A stretch of DNA of 64,000 nt from a virus. Its lineage: Duplodnaviria; Caudoviricetes. The translations under genes and the position numbers were made by a program. The DNA lies in the IMG/VR virus record IMGVR_UViG_3300027734_003164, positions 32,001 through 96,000 of that record, one strand, 5' to 3'. Positions 16,747 through 26,686 of this stretch are shown here, piece after piece. Positions within the stretch are counted from its first letter, which is position 1; each line of letters begins with the position of its first letter. A model generated the notes under the pieces. That model saw nothing but the letters and a program-made list of their open reading frames with translations, had not been told where the DNA came from and searched no databases.

Positions 16747-17532
16747 TTATTTACCAATTTGCGCTTTCCAAGTAGACCTTAAACTACCAAGACCGTCACA
16801 AAAATAAGAAACAACACTGTCTGCTAAATTTTTGTTCATTTTAGTCAAATTGGCACTCCTAAAAGCTTGGGAAAAATTTTTGTTCGATGCCACCCTACCA
16901 ATTTGTTCATTGGGTTTAGATTGAAGTACGTTACTCATAACATAGTGGTATGAAGACATATTTGCCGATTTCAAATCATCCAAATCTTTTGTAATTGCAG
17001 CACTATAAGCTCCGTTACAATTAACAGTATAATTTATACTACCGGGAGTAACGTTGGGGTAAGCACTAATACTTAAATCTAATAGGACATAATCTCCACC
17101 ACTAGTTCCAAATTTTATAGATGAAATCGTTGCCTTTACCGGTGTACCTGTAAACTTACTTGCCACTGTATAACTACTACCATAACCAACAGTTAAAAGT
17201 TGGTTTCCTGATGGGTCTGTTACTGAAAATTTTTGCCCTTGGGTAACTGCCGGTCCAGGAGCTGTTGCGGTTTTTGCACTTTTGTCCAAGTTTTCAGGTT
17301 TTATTGCGTTTGTCTTAACCCAATCAATGTCTTGTTGTTTGGTTAACTCAGTCCAAGTTTTACCCTCATCTCTACTAGTGTAGTATTTGTTCCCTTGTAC
17401 TTTATATTTAATTTTACGACCATCACCTTCCCAATTATAAATTGCCTGTTCTGACAAATATTGTCTTGATGTAGCGTTTTGATGCATATTAAGTATTCTA
17501 CTTTTTTCTTCTTCTGAAATTAAAAACTTCAT
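16747..17532 (-). CDS. Leader-bearing protein (KFLISEEEKSRILNMH..LSEQ)
   Basis: Leader shared with 19573..20163; TATTTATA at 17564. Confidence 0.75.
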   Translation of the reverse strand: MKFLISEEEKSRILNMHQNATSRQYLSEQAIYNWEGDGRKIKYKVQGNKYYTSRDEGKTWTELTKQQDIDWVKTNAIKPENLDKSAKTATAPGPAVTQGQKFSVTDPSGNQLLTVGYGSSYTVASKFTGTPVKATISSIKFGTSGGDYVLLDLSISAYPNVTPGSINYTVNCNGAYSAAITKDLDDLKSANMSSYHYVMSNVLQSKPNEQIGRVASNKNFSQAFRSANLTKMNKNLADSVVSYFCDGLGSLRSTWKAQIGK

Positions 17533-17665
17533 AATCATTTTGTTTTATTTTTTATTATTTAAATATAAATATAGAGTTGAATAAAAAAAAAAACTAATAA
17601 AGTTTTTTTTGGTTTAATTTTTATGTGTATATTTGTAGAAATAATCATTTAAAAAAATAAACCTC

Positions 17666-18082
17666 ATGAAAACACTACTTTTAACATTCGGTCTTTTATT
17701 GTCCACTTTAAGTTTTTCTCAAAAAATTATAATTCATGTTTTTGAAAAACAAGAAATGGTTTGTGAAAGAAAAACAACTTTGGATTCTGTCTATTCAAGT
17801 CCTGATTATAGTTATGATGTTGATTCCACTTATACACGTTACGTGTTAGATTTGGATGAAAAAACTTCTACATACTTTGTTAATAATGTAGAAAAAAGTG
17901 TTCTTCCAATTGAATACGAAGATTTTGGTGATGATGTTTTAAAAGTTAGTATTCTTGAATATGGTTTTGATTATGGTTTGTTGGTGAATACAAAAGATGA
18001 ATCCGTAATGTGGTATTGGTTTACTGATTACATGACAACTGTGAAGAAAATTTCAAAGTGTCGTTTTGAAAAAGCCTCTTAA
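17666..18082 (+). CDS. Secreted protein
   Basis: Signal peptide ending SFSQ; own TAnnTTTG promoter at 17628; terminator at 18084-18115. Confidence 0.7.
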   Translation: MKTLLLTFGLLLSTLSFSQKIIIHVFEKQEMVCERKTTLDSVYSSPDYSYDVDSTYTRYVLDLDEKTSTYFVNNVEKSVLPIEYEDFGDDVLKVSILEYGFDYGLLVNTKDESVMWYWFTDYMTTVKKISKCRFEKAS

Positions 18083-18123
18083 TAAAAAAACCCCGTCTTT
18101 TCAGGTGGGGTTTTTAATTTGTA

Positions 18124-18531
18124 TTATTTTTGACTTGGTGTCGATTTTTTATAATTTTGAACATTATTGTTCATTTCAGTTAATTTAGTTTTTAGTGCGT
18201 CCATGAATTTTTCTGTTTGACCTGCAACCCTAAAGTTTCCTTGTAATCCATTTCCACCCATAAATATTGAAACCATCTCATCAATATTTGTAGAAACGTT
18301 GGAAGTGCCTTTGAGCCCTCTCAGATTTCCGTCTGGCATTTTTGATGCCCCTGTTAAATAAACATAATCTTGATTTGCATCATATCTTATACTAACAGTA
18401 ATATTACCATATGATAATTGGATAGTGGATGGTTTTTTTACTGCGGTATTAGGAGTTGGTGCCTGCTCATTAATAACACGTCTAACAATACGTGCTAAGT
18501 CTGATTCTGTAAGTCTTATAATTCTTTTCAT
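18124..18531 (-). CDS. Leader-bearing protein (MKRIIRLTESDLARIVRRVINEQ)
   Basis: Shared N-terminal leader. Confidence 0.75.
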   Translation of the reverse strand: MKRIIRLTESDLARIVRRVINEQAPTPNTAVKKPSTIQLSYGNITVSIRYDANQDYVYLTGASKMPDGNLRGLKGTSNVSTNIDEMVSIFMGGNGLQGNFRVAGQTEKFMDALKTKLTEMNNNVQNYKKSTPSQK

Positions 18532-18555
18532 TTTTTTTGTTTTTTATTTATTTTA

Positions 18556-19092
18556 TTATTTTTGAGTTGGGATATATTCTTTTCCTTTTTTTATTAAAAT
18601 CCCTCCCATGCTTTGAGTTGTTGTATCAGAAAATTTAGTTACAATTCCTGTTGTGTGAATCCCTAATTTTGGTGTTGCTGAACCAACTATCAAAGTTCCT
18701 GTTAAATAAGCGAATCCATCTCCACCTATTACAAATTTTTGAGCCCCAGTTGGTCTTAGTGTTCCTTCACCAGCGGTTCCACCCAATTCTATACTAACCA
18801 ATTTATATGGTAAATAAGATGGGTTTTTAGTTATTTCTTTTACGGTGTCACGACTACTATTATCTAAAATTCGAAAAGTTGTTAGATAATCCGATTTAGC
18901 ATAAGCCTCTTTTGCTGGAACATCTACAGTTGCACCTTGTTGATTTTTTATTTTCTTATAAGGTATAAAAATTTCAGGAGAGTTAGTGCTTTCTTCCATC
19001 AAAAAATGTCTTGATTTTTCTTCAATTATTCTATTTTCCAACATCAAGTTTGATTGTTGCATGTGTCTAATTTTGCTATAACTTCTATTCAT
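18556..19092 (-). CDS. Leader-bearing protein (MNRSYSKIRHMQQSNLMLE)
   Basis: Start moved to 19092; TATTTATA at 19110. Confidence 0.7.
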   Translation of the reverse strand: MNRSYSKIRHMQQSNLMLENRIIEEKSRHFLMEESTNSPEIFIPYKKIKNQQGATVDVPAKEAYAKSDYLTTFRILDNSSRDTVKEITKNPSYLPYKLVSIELGGTAGEGTLRPTGAQKFVIGGDGFAYLTGTLIVGSATPKLGIHTTGIVTKFSDTTTQSMGGILIKKGKEYIPTQK

Positions 19093-19166
19093 AATTTTAT
19101 TATTTAATATATAAATATACCAACAAACAAAAAAAGGTGTTGTTTCCAACACCTTTTAATTTTGAT

Positions 19167-19236
19167 AAGTCGCAACGGGATTCAAACCTGTGACACGTCC
19201 ATAAATGGATTGCTCTACCAACTGAGCTATGCGACT
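19167..19236 (-). pseudogene. tRNA-like RNA lacking a functional anticodon loop
   Basis: AGTCGCA/TGCGACT acceptor and canonical D-arm TAGCTCAGTTGGTAGAGC; anticodon arm reduced to TCCA-TTTA-TGGA. Confidence 0.7.
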
Positions 19237-19403
19237 TATACCATCTATTAACCTACCTTAATTATAATTCATTTAATTCTGAAGATAAAGCTTCTTTTTC
19301 TTCATATTCAAAAAATTCTTTCATGTATTGAAAATAATCTTCTGAGTTAATAAAATCATAATGTTGTTGTTCAAATATTTCTTCCATAATTATTTTTTTT
19401 TTG

Positions 19404-19476
19404 TAGTCCCATCAGGGTTCGAACCTGAAAGATTTCTTTAGAAGAGAAATATGTTATCCAATTACATCATGGGACC
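19404..19476 (-). tRNA. tRNA-Arg(TCT)
   Basis: TTTCT-CT-TCT-AA-AGAAA arm; GGTCCCA/TGGGACT acceptor; promoter at 19495. Confidence 0.9.
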
Positions 19477-19572
19477 ATTTCAATTAATTTATATTACAAA
19501 TATATAAAACTTTGTTTAAATAAAAAACCCCCCAATTAAAAAAAGGAGGGTTAATTAAATTTTATTTAATCT

Positions 19573-20163
19573 TTATAACCCAGATTGTGTTTTTTCAACT
19601 GTTTTATTTCCTGTCGCACTTGTCATTTTATATTTACTGTTTTGAACATCACCTTGTTGGTCGTATTTGGTTACTTGTTTATATTTTGAACCATCGTCCG
19701 CAGTACCTTTAGTAACTTGTCTTCCTTTTTTACCTTTAGGATTTAATATCTGACTTACTGCTCTTTTTGCCTCTTCTTCAGTATTATATCCATTCCCACC
19801 ATTTGTGGATAAAAGTGTATTTTCTTTTGGTATACCCATACCGTTGTTTCCCCACGAGCTGGCAACATAGAATTTACCACCAAGGTATGAAGTCAATCCT
19901 TCACCACAAGTATCACCACTAACAGGGAACCATTTCATATAGTTCAGGTTTCCTTGTTTTTCATACCTACATGCGGTTTTATTTAATTTTACGATATATA
20001 TATCTTGACCATAAAAATCATTATCTAAACAATCATTGGGGTTAATACATTTATATGGTCCAGATACTTTTACTGATTGTTCGTTGAGTATGGGTTTTTT
20101 AAATTCTTCATGTAGATTTAAAATTCTTATTTTTTCTTCTTCACTAATAAGAAACTTTCTCAT
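19573..20163 (-). CDS. Leader-bearing protein (MRKFLISEEEKIRILNLH..LNEQ)
   Basis: Leader shared with 16747..17532. Confidence 0.75.
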   Translation of the reverse strand: MRKFLISEEEKIRILNLHEEFKKPILNEQSVKVSGPYKCINPNDCLDNDFYGQDIYIVKLNKTACRYEKQGNLNYMKWFPVSGDTCGEGLTSYLGGKFYVASSWGNNGMGIPKENTLLSTNGGNGYNTEEEAKRAVSQILNPKGKKGRQVTKGTADDGSKYKQVTKYDQQGDVQNSKYKMTSATGNKTVEKTQSGL

Positions 20164-20164
20164 A

Positions 20165-20464
20165 TTACATTCCAATAATTAATTCATCAGGATTAAATCC
20201 TCTTGAGCCTTTAATTTTATCTTCCATTTCATCATACATATATGATTTAACAACAGCCAAAATTGATTGTTCTGATTGAGCAATTTTTGTTTCCATCCAA
20301 TCTTCCAACTGCTCACCTTCTTCCATCATTTCCCACATTTTATGTGCCAACGTTGCAATTGTAAAAAGTTGTTGTTTTGCCATGTAAGAACCTCCTTCAT
20401 GGTTTTCTTTAAGTTGTTTTACAACCTCTTCAAGTTGTTCTTCTGTTATAATGATTCTTCCCAT
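20165..20464 (-). CDS. Leader-bearing protein (IIITEEQL), possibly head-associated
   Basis: MGRIIITEEQL..LKE; SYMAKQQL..LEDWMETKI. Confidence 0.65.
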   Translation of the reverse strand: MGRIIITEEQLEEVVKQLKENHEGGSYMAKQQLFTIATLAHKMWEMMEEGEQLEDWMETKIAQSEQSILAVVKSYMYDEMEDKIKGSRGFNPDELIIGM

Positions 20465-20473
20465 ACAATTTTT

Positions 20474-20725
20474 TTATCTCAACTTTCTTTTTAATTCATC
20501 AATTATATTTTCTAACCTTCTAACTTGATGTTTAACCAAATCTTTGGCTTCCTCAATTTTTCTTGAATCCCCTCTTTTTGTTGCGGCATCTAATTCATCT
20601 AAAGAGCCAGATACTCTTCTACATGTCCCTCTGAAATCTTCAGCAACTTGATTTATACTTTCGTTAATTGTTCTTTTAACAATTTTATTTAAATCAGATT
20701 CACTTAGTCTAACTATTTTTTTCAT
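20474..20725 (-). CDS. Leader-bearing small helical protein (MKKIVRLSESDLNKIVKRTINE)
   Basis: Shared N-terminal leader. Confidence 0.7.
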   Translation of the reverse strand: MKKIVRLSESDLNKIVKRTINESINQVAEDFRGTCRRVSGSLDELDAATKRGDSRKIEEAKDLVKHQVRRLENIIDELKRKLR

Positions 20726-20746
20726 TTTAATATATTAATTTATTTA

Positions 20747-21115
20747 TCACCAGGTTCTGCAAGCCCAATATCTTGGTTTCCATCTTGGGCCAGGATTATC
20801 GCAATTGTGTCTTGCTCTAAATGAACGTCTCCTTTCAGGATTGTTCTTTTTAATCACCATTCGTTTTCCTTTTGCTGATTTTCCACCAAACCCAAAGTTC
20901 ACTTTAACAACCTTTCCTTTGTCGTTTTTAACGTATACCTTGAACTTTTTGATGTCCCCTTGCATAATCTTACCAAGTTGTACTTTTCGTCCCTGATACT
21001 CCGCCTCATGTAGCAAGTTTATTTCTTCAACATTTCCGTAAATGTCTTCATAAATAAAATCCTGATGGAATGATTCTTCAATTAAAATTTTTTTAATTAT
21101 TGATTCTATATTCAT
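20747..21115 (-). CDS. Leader-bearing protein with EAEYQGRKV..RRSFRARHNC..YWACRTW domain
   Basis: Start moved to MNIESIIKKILIEE; TATTTAT at 21120. Confidence 0.7.
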   Translation of the reverse strand: MNIESIIKKILIEESFHQDFIYEDIYGNVEEINLLHEAEYQGRKVQLGKIMQGDIKKFKVYVKNDKGKVVKVNFGFGGKSAKGKRMVIKKNNPERRRSFRARHNCDNPGPRWKPRYWACRTW

Positions 21116-21228
21116 AACAATAAATATATCATTAATAAAAAAAGGTGAAGTCTCCTTCACCTTAATTTTGGGTCGACACGGTTCGTGCCAACATCTCTCC
21201 ACCACTTTGTTTTTATAGAACAAAGAAA

Positions 21229-21495
21229 CTACCCCTCCAATTTAGATTTTGCAACAACAACTTCAGCCATGGTTATGTCCTTGTTGGTCCCCAAAACTAA
21301 TGACTCTTTTAACATATTAAAGGGAATATGTATCAAGAAATCCTTCCCATTAAAAGTTGAAAAGTCTTCTTTAAGAGTCAGTGATGAGTGAATCATGTTT
21401 AAGAATATTTTAAACTGAATCTCATCAACAAAAGTTTCATTTAACAGTTCCCCGTGCTTAGGGTGAACAAGTAGTATATTTTTAATTGTTGCCAT
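21229..21495 (-). CDS. Hypothetical early protein
   Basis: Promoter at 21502. Confidence 0.7.
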   Translation of the reverse strand: MATIKNILLVHPKHGELLNETFVDEIQFKIFLNMIHSSLTLKEDFSTFNGKDFLIHIPFNMLKESLVLGTNKDITMAEVVVAKSKLEG

Positions 21496-21528
21496 ATCTT
21501 CTACAAATATAAAAATAATATTTCAATA

Positions 21529-21912
21529 TTACAAATAATTCCAAGTAATTTTTTTAACTACTATTTCATCAATATCTGATATACCAAAATATTTTAATTC
21601 TTCTTTAATTGTTGCGTCGATGAATCTTCTTATGTATCTATTTGCACTTCTAGCGTGATTTTTTTGATATTGAGTTGAGTAAACCCAATAATCACATTTC
21701 ATATCAACAATCACATCAAATTCATAAATGTATTTTTTGTAAGTGCGATACTTGTTATATCCGTCTGAATATTTTCTAATATTTGTTATTTTGACAACAG
21801 TGTTGTTATACTCACTCCATTTATATAAATTAACTAATTTAAAAATGTTTTTACACAAAAATTTTTTGATTAATGATATTTGTTTGTCTTTTACTAATTC
21901 TCTTTTTTCCAT
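21529..21912 (-). CDS. Hypothetical early protein
   Basis: Promoter at 21915. Confidence 0.65.
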   Translation of the reverse strand: MEKRELVKDKQISLIKKFLCKNIFKLVNLYKWSEYNNTVVKITNIRKYSDGYNKYRTYKKYIYEFDVIVDMKCDYWVYSTQYQKNHARSANRYIRRFIDATIKEELKYFGISDIDEIVVKKITWNYL

Positions 21913-22010
21913 ACCACAAAGATATATAAAAAAATGAATTGCACAAAAAAATGGATAATAATATTTTACTATCCATCAATTTTTTTACCGGTGGCTCCAT
22001 TAAAAAAAAA

Positions 22011-22830
22011 CGCTGAGATTACACGTTTGTGTGAGAACCTTTAGAGTCATTATTGTTTCTACTCTTATCCACCATCTTTTGAATGGTATTTCTCAGTGAC
22101 GATTATTTAGGTGAATCACTCCTTGAGGTCTAAACTACTCTCTTATTACTCAACTCTCTTCGAGGATGCCTCCCCAACTAATCCTTGCGGGATTAGAGGT
22201 CTTTTGTAAAAATACACTCAGCCTTGGGAGCTTTATGTGCCGTGAACAACTCACGACTATGTAGTCACCTTTCGATTAGACCTGACGGACACTTTTCCTT
22301 ATTTAAAATTAATAGTTAATAATAATTAAGTTTTGTGTCGTGGATTGTGAAAGTAGTGGTCCGTCACGGGCTCTATTATCTTTTGAACAATAGAATACAC
22401 AACTACTCTCTGAAATGTCCCCATTTCCATATTTCAAGACTACTTCGAAACTAACTCCTTGGTGGGAGTCGGTCAAGGTCAATAACAGCACCACCTGTAC
22501 ATCAACATACCTTTCGGTTTTAAGTATCCTCTAATAATGGAACTCGCAATAAAAGTGTTGGAACACTTTGTTTTGCAAAATTCCTACGAGTTATTCCTAT
22601 TGGTGTTCCCACCTCAATTAGACGACCCACATCGCCCAATCATCTAACCACTTTCCCTACAGCGTTGCCCTCGGTACTAAAGGTTAAACGGTATCCCGCT
22701 TGTGTACTCGACCTCGATTATCCGAAGACAACCAAGACGCAAATCAATTACACTTTTGATTCACTTTATCCCACTTTCGTGGTTTATTTTAATGGACCAT
22801 ACACGGCCCATTGAACTCTTCGTTTCACAA
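22011..22830 (-). ncRNA. Large structured non-coding RNA of about 820 nt, most consistent with GOLLD
   Basis: GC-enriched gap with no credible ORF; many hairpins with GNRA loops on the minus strand (CTAATCCC-GCAA-GGATTAG, CCAC-GAAA-GTGG); repeated RAGTAG motifs; ends GTGTAATCTCAGCG plus a U-tract; size and tRNA-rich phage context fit GOLLD. Confidence 0.7.
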
Positions 22831-22898
22831 ATTTTAAAGAAAAGGGGGTTAATCTTTTTTTTTTAAATTTTGTTTGAACAATTTGTTCGTTTTAAATT

Positions 22899-22907
22899 TC
22901 AAAGAAC
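22899..22907 (-). promoter_or_regulatory. boxA-like element in the leader of the large RNA
   Basis: GTTCTTTGA downstream of the TAAATTTGTA promoter at 22961-22970. Confidence 0.45.
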
Positions 22908-23288
22908 GTTTGTGATTTGAATACTGAGTATCTTTCATCACCTATAAGTTTCAAATCTTTTACAAATTTATGTATTTAATTTGAGACTGTCAAGTTTTTT
23001 TTAAACTTTTTCTACAAAAACATCTTCAGTTCCGTAGTAGTTTGCTCTCACACTTGCAAAGACTTCATTTGAAGTATAAAGTTTTCTTCCTTTATCGTCA
23101 AAATAATAAAAAATCTCTGAAATGTTGATTAAATCTTCACTCATACTTTCAATTTTTCAAATTATACAATGGGTCGTTTCCCAATTGTTTTACAAATCTA
23201 ATACTATTATTTTGATTTGTCAAACATTACAATAAAAATTTTTTGATTTTTTTGTGATAAATATAAATATATCTAAGTTTACAAAAAG

Positions 23289-23786
23289 TTACAATTCAAG
23301 AAAATAAAAATCTTTTACGTCATCTGAATAGTGTAAATCGTATCCTAAATTTTTATATAAGTTTTGTGCGGTATTGTTTTCTCGATGAGTAATTAAAGTA
23401 CAATACTTAAATCCTTCCTGTTTAGATACATCGTGAGCCAAATTCATAATTTGTTTTCCAAAACCATTTCCTCTAAAATTTTCATTTACATATACATCGT
23501 AAATGTATGTGGTGTTGTCCCTATTAAAAAAGTTTTCATCACAATTTTTTTTGCACCAACTTTTTTCTTCATATAATCTAGGTATGTCATAATCTAATTC
23601 CCACCCATTATCAAAAGATACTACATTCGCATAACCAATTAAATTTTCATCTAAACCCATAATTTTGATTTTTTTCCCAAAAGTATTTTTAGTTTCCCCC
23701 TCAAATAAAATATTAGTTGGAATCTGACTACTTTCAAAAATATTCATCATAGATTTCATTCTTGATATTTCTTCGTGTAGTTTCAT
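23289..23786 (-). CDS. GNAT acetyltransferase with N-terminal leader
   Basis: IYDVYVNENFRGNGFGKQIM (motif A), NNTAQNLYKNLGY; leader MKLHEEISRMKSMM. Confidence 0.85.
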   Translation of the reverse strand: MKLHEEISRMKSMMNIFESSQIPTNILFEGETKNTFGKKIKIMGLDENLIGYANVVSFDNGWELDYDIPRLYEEKSWCKKNCDENFFNRDNTTYIYDVYVNENFRGNGFGKQIMNLAHDVSKQEGFKYCTLITHRENNTAQNLYKNLGYDLHYSDDVKDFYFLEL

Positions 23787-23792
23787 TTTTAA

Positions 23793-25292
23793 TTAACTAT
23801 TTTCAATTTTTTTATTTAAAATATCCACAAAAGTATTTTTCATATCTTTTACTAAATCCGAATAAGTTCTTTTTGGTGTGTTTTCCATTTCATCTTCAAA
23901 GTTTATACCTTCTCTTCTTATCTGATTAAGAGCGGCTTCAATTTGTTTTTCTGACAACTTTCTAAATCTTAAAAGTTTTTGTTTAATGTCTTTAACAAAA
24001 TTATTATCTCCTTCGTAATTTGCAATCGGTAATGTTTCTTCAGGTAAATCTTTAGTGTATGGTTTATCATATCCACTATATAAGAAGTTTATTCCTGATA
24101 TGTTGGTAATACATTTATGTCCTCCTGAATTTGCTTGTAAAAAGTCATAACCATTAATAGTTTGTTTTTCAGAATCAAATGAAGGCATTTTACCATATAA
24201 TGCCATCATATCTTTTGATGTGAAACCAACTGACTCAGGTGTCGCCTCTCTTTCTGAGATTCTTTTAATAATTCTAAAACTTAGTATTTCTTTTTCTAAT
24301 TCAGGTCTAAACTTCTCTAAAACCTCATCTTTAATTTCACCTAAGTTTATACCTTTAAGTGCTCTTTCTTCTTTAAATGGGTTGCAAGATGCTTGAACCA
24401 TACCGACTTGCCCACCAAGACCAGTCACTAAAAAGTCAGCGTCAGGGTGTATTCTAAATGGTACATATCTATCATAAGAACCTTTTCTCATACTACCAAG
24501 ACCAAATTGTGAAATAACATTTCCTGTTTTTTCTATTGCCCCTTCTTTTTGTCTTGCTTGTAAGAATTTTTCTTGGTTTTGTGTCATGGTTTCAATAGAT
24601 GCAAAATCTTGGTCTTTTGCCATTTTTTTGATATTAGTAAGAATACTAATTAATGATGGTTTCGAGTTCATTACTAAACTTTCCATGAAGTTAGGATTAT
24701 TTTTATAAGCCAAAAGTAACTTATTAACCACCAATCCCATTAACATTTTATTTTGTTTTAATGAACTGTCTTTGTCAAATTTATATAAGAAGTTCATTAC
24801 CATTTCTGGAGTTATTTTATTAACAGCAAAGTTTGCAGAATCAACAGTTGATATTAACATTATATCGTCAGATGGGAATATTTCTTTAGGGGATATAACT
24901 TGTGATATTGTTTCAACATTGGACCTTGCGTGTCTAAAACTTGTTGCAGTATCGTCTTCAACGCCAGCTTGACTATCGTGATGGTCTGTATGAATAACAA
25001 ACATTGGTTTACCGTGTGCAAAATCCACAAGTACTGGCATCACATCACCCTCACCTTCAGGTTTTTTAATTGCAAATTCTTTTGTTCCATATTGAATAAC
25101 TTCGCAATCAACCACATTAATACCATTTTGTTCCAAATAGTTTTTCATGGCAATTGCAGTTGTAACACCATCTAAGTCTTGATGAAAATAAATTTTAGCC
25201 TTTTTGTATCTTTTAGCAATATTTTTAATATCTCTAATTCCTGATTCTTTAATCAGCATTCTAAATTGACTTTCAGTTATAATAATTTTCAT
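23793..25292 (-). CDS. DHH-family phosphoesterase with N-terminal leader
   Basis: HQDLDG, VLVDFAH, HTDHH, STVDSA and C-terminal SGGH; leader MKIIITESQFRMLIKE; TATTTAT at 25297. Confidence 0.75.
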   Translation of the reverse strand: MKIIITESQFRMLIKESGIRDIKNIAKRYKKAKIYFHQDLDGVTTAIAMKNYLEQNGINVVDCEVIQYGTKEFAIKKPEGEGDVMPVLVDFAHGKPMFVIHTDHHDSQAGVEDDTATSFRHARSNVETISQVISPKEIFPSDDIMLISTVDSANFAVNKITPEMVMNFLYKFDKDSSLKQNKMLMGLVVNKLLLAYKNNPNFMESLVMNSKPSLISILTNIKKMAKDQDFASIETMTQNQEKFLQARQKEGAIEKTGNVISQFGLGSMRKGSYDRYVPFRIHPDADFLVTGLGGQVGMVQASCNPFKEERALKGINLGEIKDEVLEKFRPELEKEILSFRIIKRISEREATPESVGFTSKDMMALYGKMPSFDSEKQTINGYDFLQANSGGHKCITNISGINFLYSGYDKPYTKDLPEETLPIANYEGDNNFVKDIKQKLLRFRKLSEKQIEAALNQIRREGINFEDEMENTPKRTYSDLVKDMKNTFVDILNKKIENS

Positions 25293-25324
25293 ATTAATAA
25301 ATACCAATTAAAATAAAAAACCCA

Positions 25325-26176
25325 CTATAATGGTGGGTTTTCTTGTAGAGTTTCTAATGTTTTGAAGTATTCAACTCTTGTTCTTGCAATATTTGTATAA
25401 TTTTCACTTAGTTCTATTCCCAACCATCTTCGGTCAAGTATTTGTGCGGCAACTAAACTAGTACCACTACCGGCAAATGGGTCCATAACTATATCGTTCT
25501 TGTAGGATAGTATTTTAATCGCTTTGGTTGGAATGTCCATTGAGAACGTTGCCTTGGTGAGTGATTTAGTATCTGCAAAGTAATTCCACTGACCAAACAC
25601 GAGTTCCATAAACTCTTTCTTATCGTTTTCTTCATAAACATTTTTAGTTCTTACAATACCATCTTTATTTTCAACCTCGGTGGGGACCCCTTTCCATTGT
25701 GGTTCTCCTTTAACTTTTTTAATATGATGTTTTTTATATGCCAAAATAACACACTCTTTTGGGTTGTAGATATAAGGTGATGATGGGCTCATCCAAGAAC
25801 CCCAAGCTGTAGTTTTACTTCTATGTGGTGATTGTTCTTCAAGGTCGACAATACCAAAAAAACCAAATCCAATTTCTTTCATGATTTGCCACATTTCAGA
25901 AACAAAGAAAATTCGTCCACCTTTTTTCTGTCTATTAATTTCATAAGGAATATTGAGACTTATTCTACCATCGTCTTTTAATACTCTGTACGTTTCACTT
26001 AACCACGCCTTTGCAAACTCAACATATTCTGTGAACTCAACATCATCTTCATGTACGTCATAATCAATTCCCACACCATAAGGTGGGCTTGTAACAACCA
26101 AATCAATACACCCTTCTGGTAATGTCTTCATTACCTCAATACAATCACCGTTTATTATTTTTCCAGTTTCTATCAT
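25325..26176 (-). CDS. DNA N4-C/N6-A methyltransferase (beta class)
   Basis: DLVVTSPPY catalytic motif before VMDPFAGSGTS SAM-binding motif. Confidence 0.92.
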   Translation of the reverse strand: MIETGKIINGDCIEVMKTLPEGCIDLVVTSPPYGVGIDYDVHEDDVEFTEYVEFAKAWLSETYRVLKDDGRISLNIPYEINRQKKGGRIFFVSEMWQIMKEIGFGFFGIVDLEEQSPHRSKTTAWGSWMSPSSPYIYNPKECVILAYKKHHIKKVKGEPQWKGVPTEVENKDGIVRTKNVYEENDKKEFMELVFGQWNYFADTKSLTKATFSMDIPTKAIKILSYKNDIVMDPFAGSGTSLVAAQILDRRWLGIELSENYTNIARTRVEYFKTLETLQENPPL

Positions 26177-26290
26177 CTTAAAATATCATTTTTATTACTT
26201 CACTAATTAACATCCATGTCATCATTAACCAAAATAAAATTATACATCCCGCAATAATTCTATATCTTCTTTCTATGTTTTTTTTAATTT

Positions 26291-26686
26291 TCATACTAAT
26301 TGTGCTATTATTTGTGCTAATTTATATCCCGTAAATGCTCCCGCTGCCGCTGAACCAGGTAATACAACGAATTTACCTAACATGGTTTCATATTTTTTTC
26401 TATTAACAATGTAAGAAATCAATACGTAATAAACAATATAGTTAATTAAAACCATAAAGTCCAGTTCTTTTGCCGCAAAAACTACTATTGAATTACCTAA
26501 AAATCCCCACATAAAATTTATAAGGGTTTCTCTTAATAATTCGTTTGGTGTTGTAAGAGCGTCCCAAACATTTATTTCTTTATCAAGACCTGTTTTCTTT
26601 TTCAAGCGTTTCGATGTGGTGTTGAAGGTACCAAAGGGCTTTTCTGAGGTCTTCAAGTTCTTTGTCTTTTCTTTTTTTTCCTGCAC
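26291..26686 (-). CDS. Membrane protein; true start probably downstream of 26686
   Basis: Three hydrophobic segments; the track's 5' end overlaps the DUF3310-like gene. Confidence 0.6.
   Translation of the reverse strand: MQEKKEKTKNLKTSEKPFGTFNTTSKRLKKKTGLDKEINVWDALTTPNELLRETLINFMWGFLGNSIVVFAAKELDFMVLINYIVYYVLISYIVNRKKYETMLGKFVVLPGSAAAGAFTGYKLAQIIAQLV

Noticed and set aside
22309-22494. 61-aa ORF from the track
   Set aside because: Lies inside the structured RNA, has atypical composition and no start context
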